The notes under the pieces are model-generated. The model made no database searches. It saw only the letters and a list, made by a program, of their open reading frames with translations, and was not told the DNA's origin. This document shows positions 63,641 to 64,000 of a DNA stretch of 64,000 nt, piece after piece. A program made the translations under genes and the position numbers. The stretch's first letter is position 1. Each line of letters begins with the position of its first letter. Origin of the DNA: Macrostomum lignano (Eukaryota); NCBI GenBank assembly GCA_002269645.1, contig NIVC01002014.1, forward strand, positions 62,001-126,000. The letters are read 5' to 3'.

Positions 63641-64000
63641 TTCAACATGCATATAGGCTGACTAAAACACACATTGCACTGAACCAATGGTCTTTTGGCC
63701 ATAGACAGTCTCAGTGGGCTGCCGAGCGCTTCGACATGCATAGGCTGACTAAAACACACATTGCACTGAACCAATGGTCTTTTGGCCATAGACAGTCTCA
63801 GTGGGCTGCCGAGCGCTTCGACATGCATAGGCTGACTAAAACACACATTGCACTGAACCAATGGTCTTTTGGCCATAGACAGTCTCAGTGGGCTGCCGTG
63901 CGCTTCAACATGCATAGGCTGACTAAAACACACATTGCACTGAACCAATGGTCTTTTGGCCATAGACAGTCTCAGTGGGCTGCCGTGCGCTTCGACATGC
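63641..64000. repeat. 87-bp tandem repeat (TAGGCTGACTAAAACACACATTGCACTG...), runs off the window
   Basis: Period 87 bp (63654, 63741, ...). Confidence 0.93.

Overview
Animal genomic DNA with GC-rich exons and introns filled by minisatellites. The style suggests the flatworm Macrostomum, but this is inference only. From left to right: (1) a minus-strand anoctamin/TMEM16 gene, 14 exons here, running off the left edge; (2) a minus-strand LDL-receptor-family gene, 6 exons, about 794 aa, with an orphan LDLa-like exon upstream; (3) a two-exon bHLH gene of the Fer3/FERD3L (Nato3) family; (4) a full-length 5.9 kb LOA-clade LINE with a 13-14 bp target-site duplication and one frameshift; (5) a two-exon pathogen-related protein (PRP)-like gene; (6) a piggyBac transposase remnant and a 1 kb tandem segmental duplication; (7) the terminal transmembrane exon of a gene entering from the right. 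The strongest hidden signal is a complete HDV-like self-cleaving ribozyme fold whose predicted cleavage site is the first base of the LINE. It has a covarying P1.1 and a roughly 170 nt structured J1/2 insert. All exon models and folds were built by eye.
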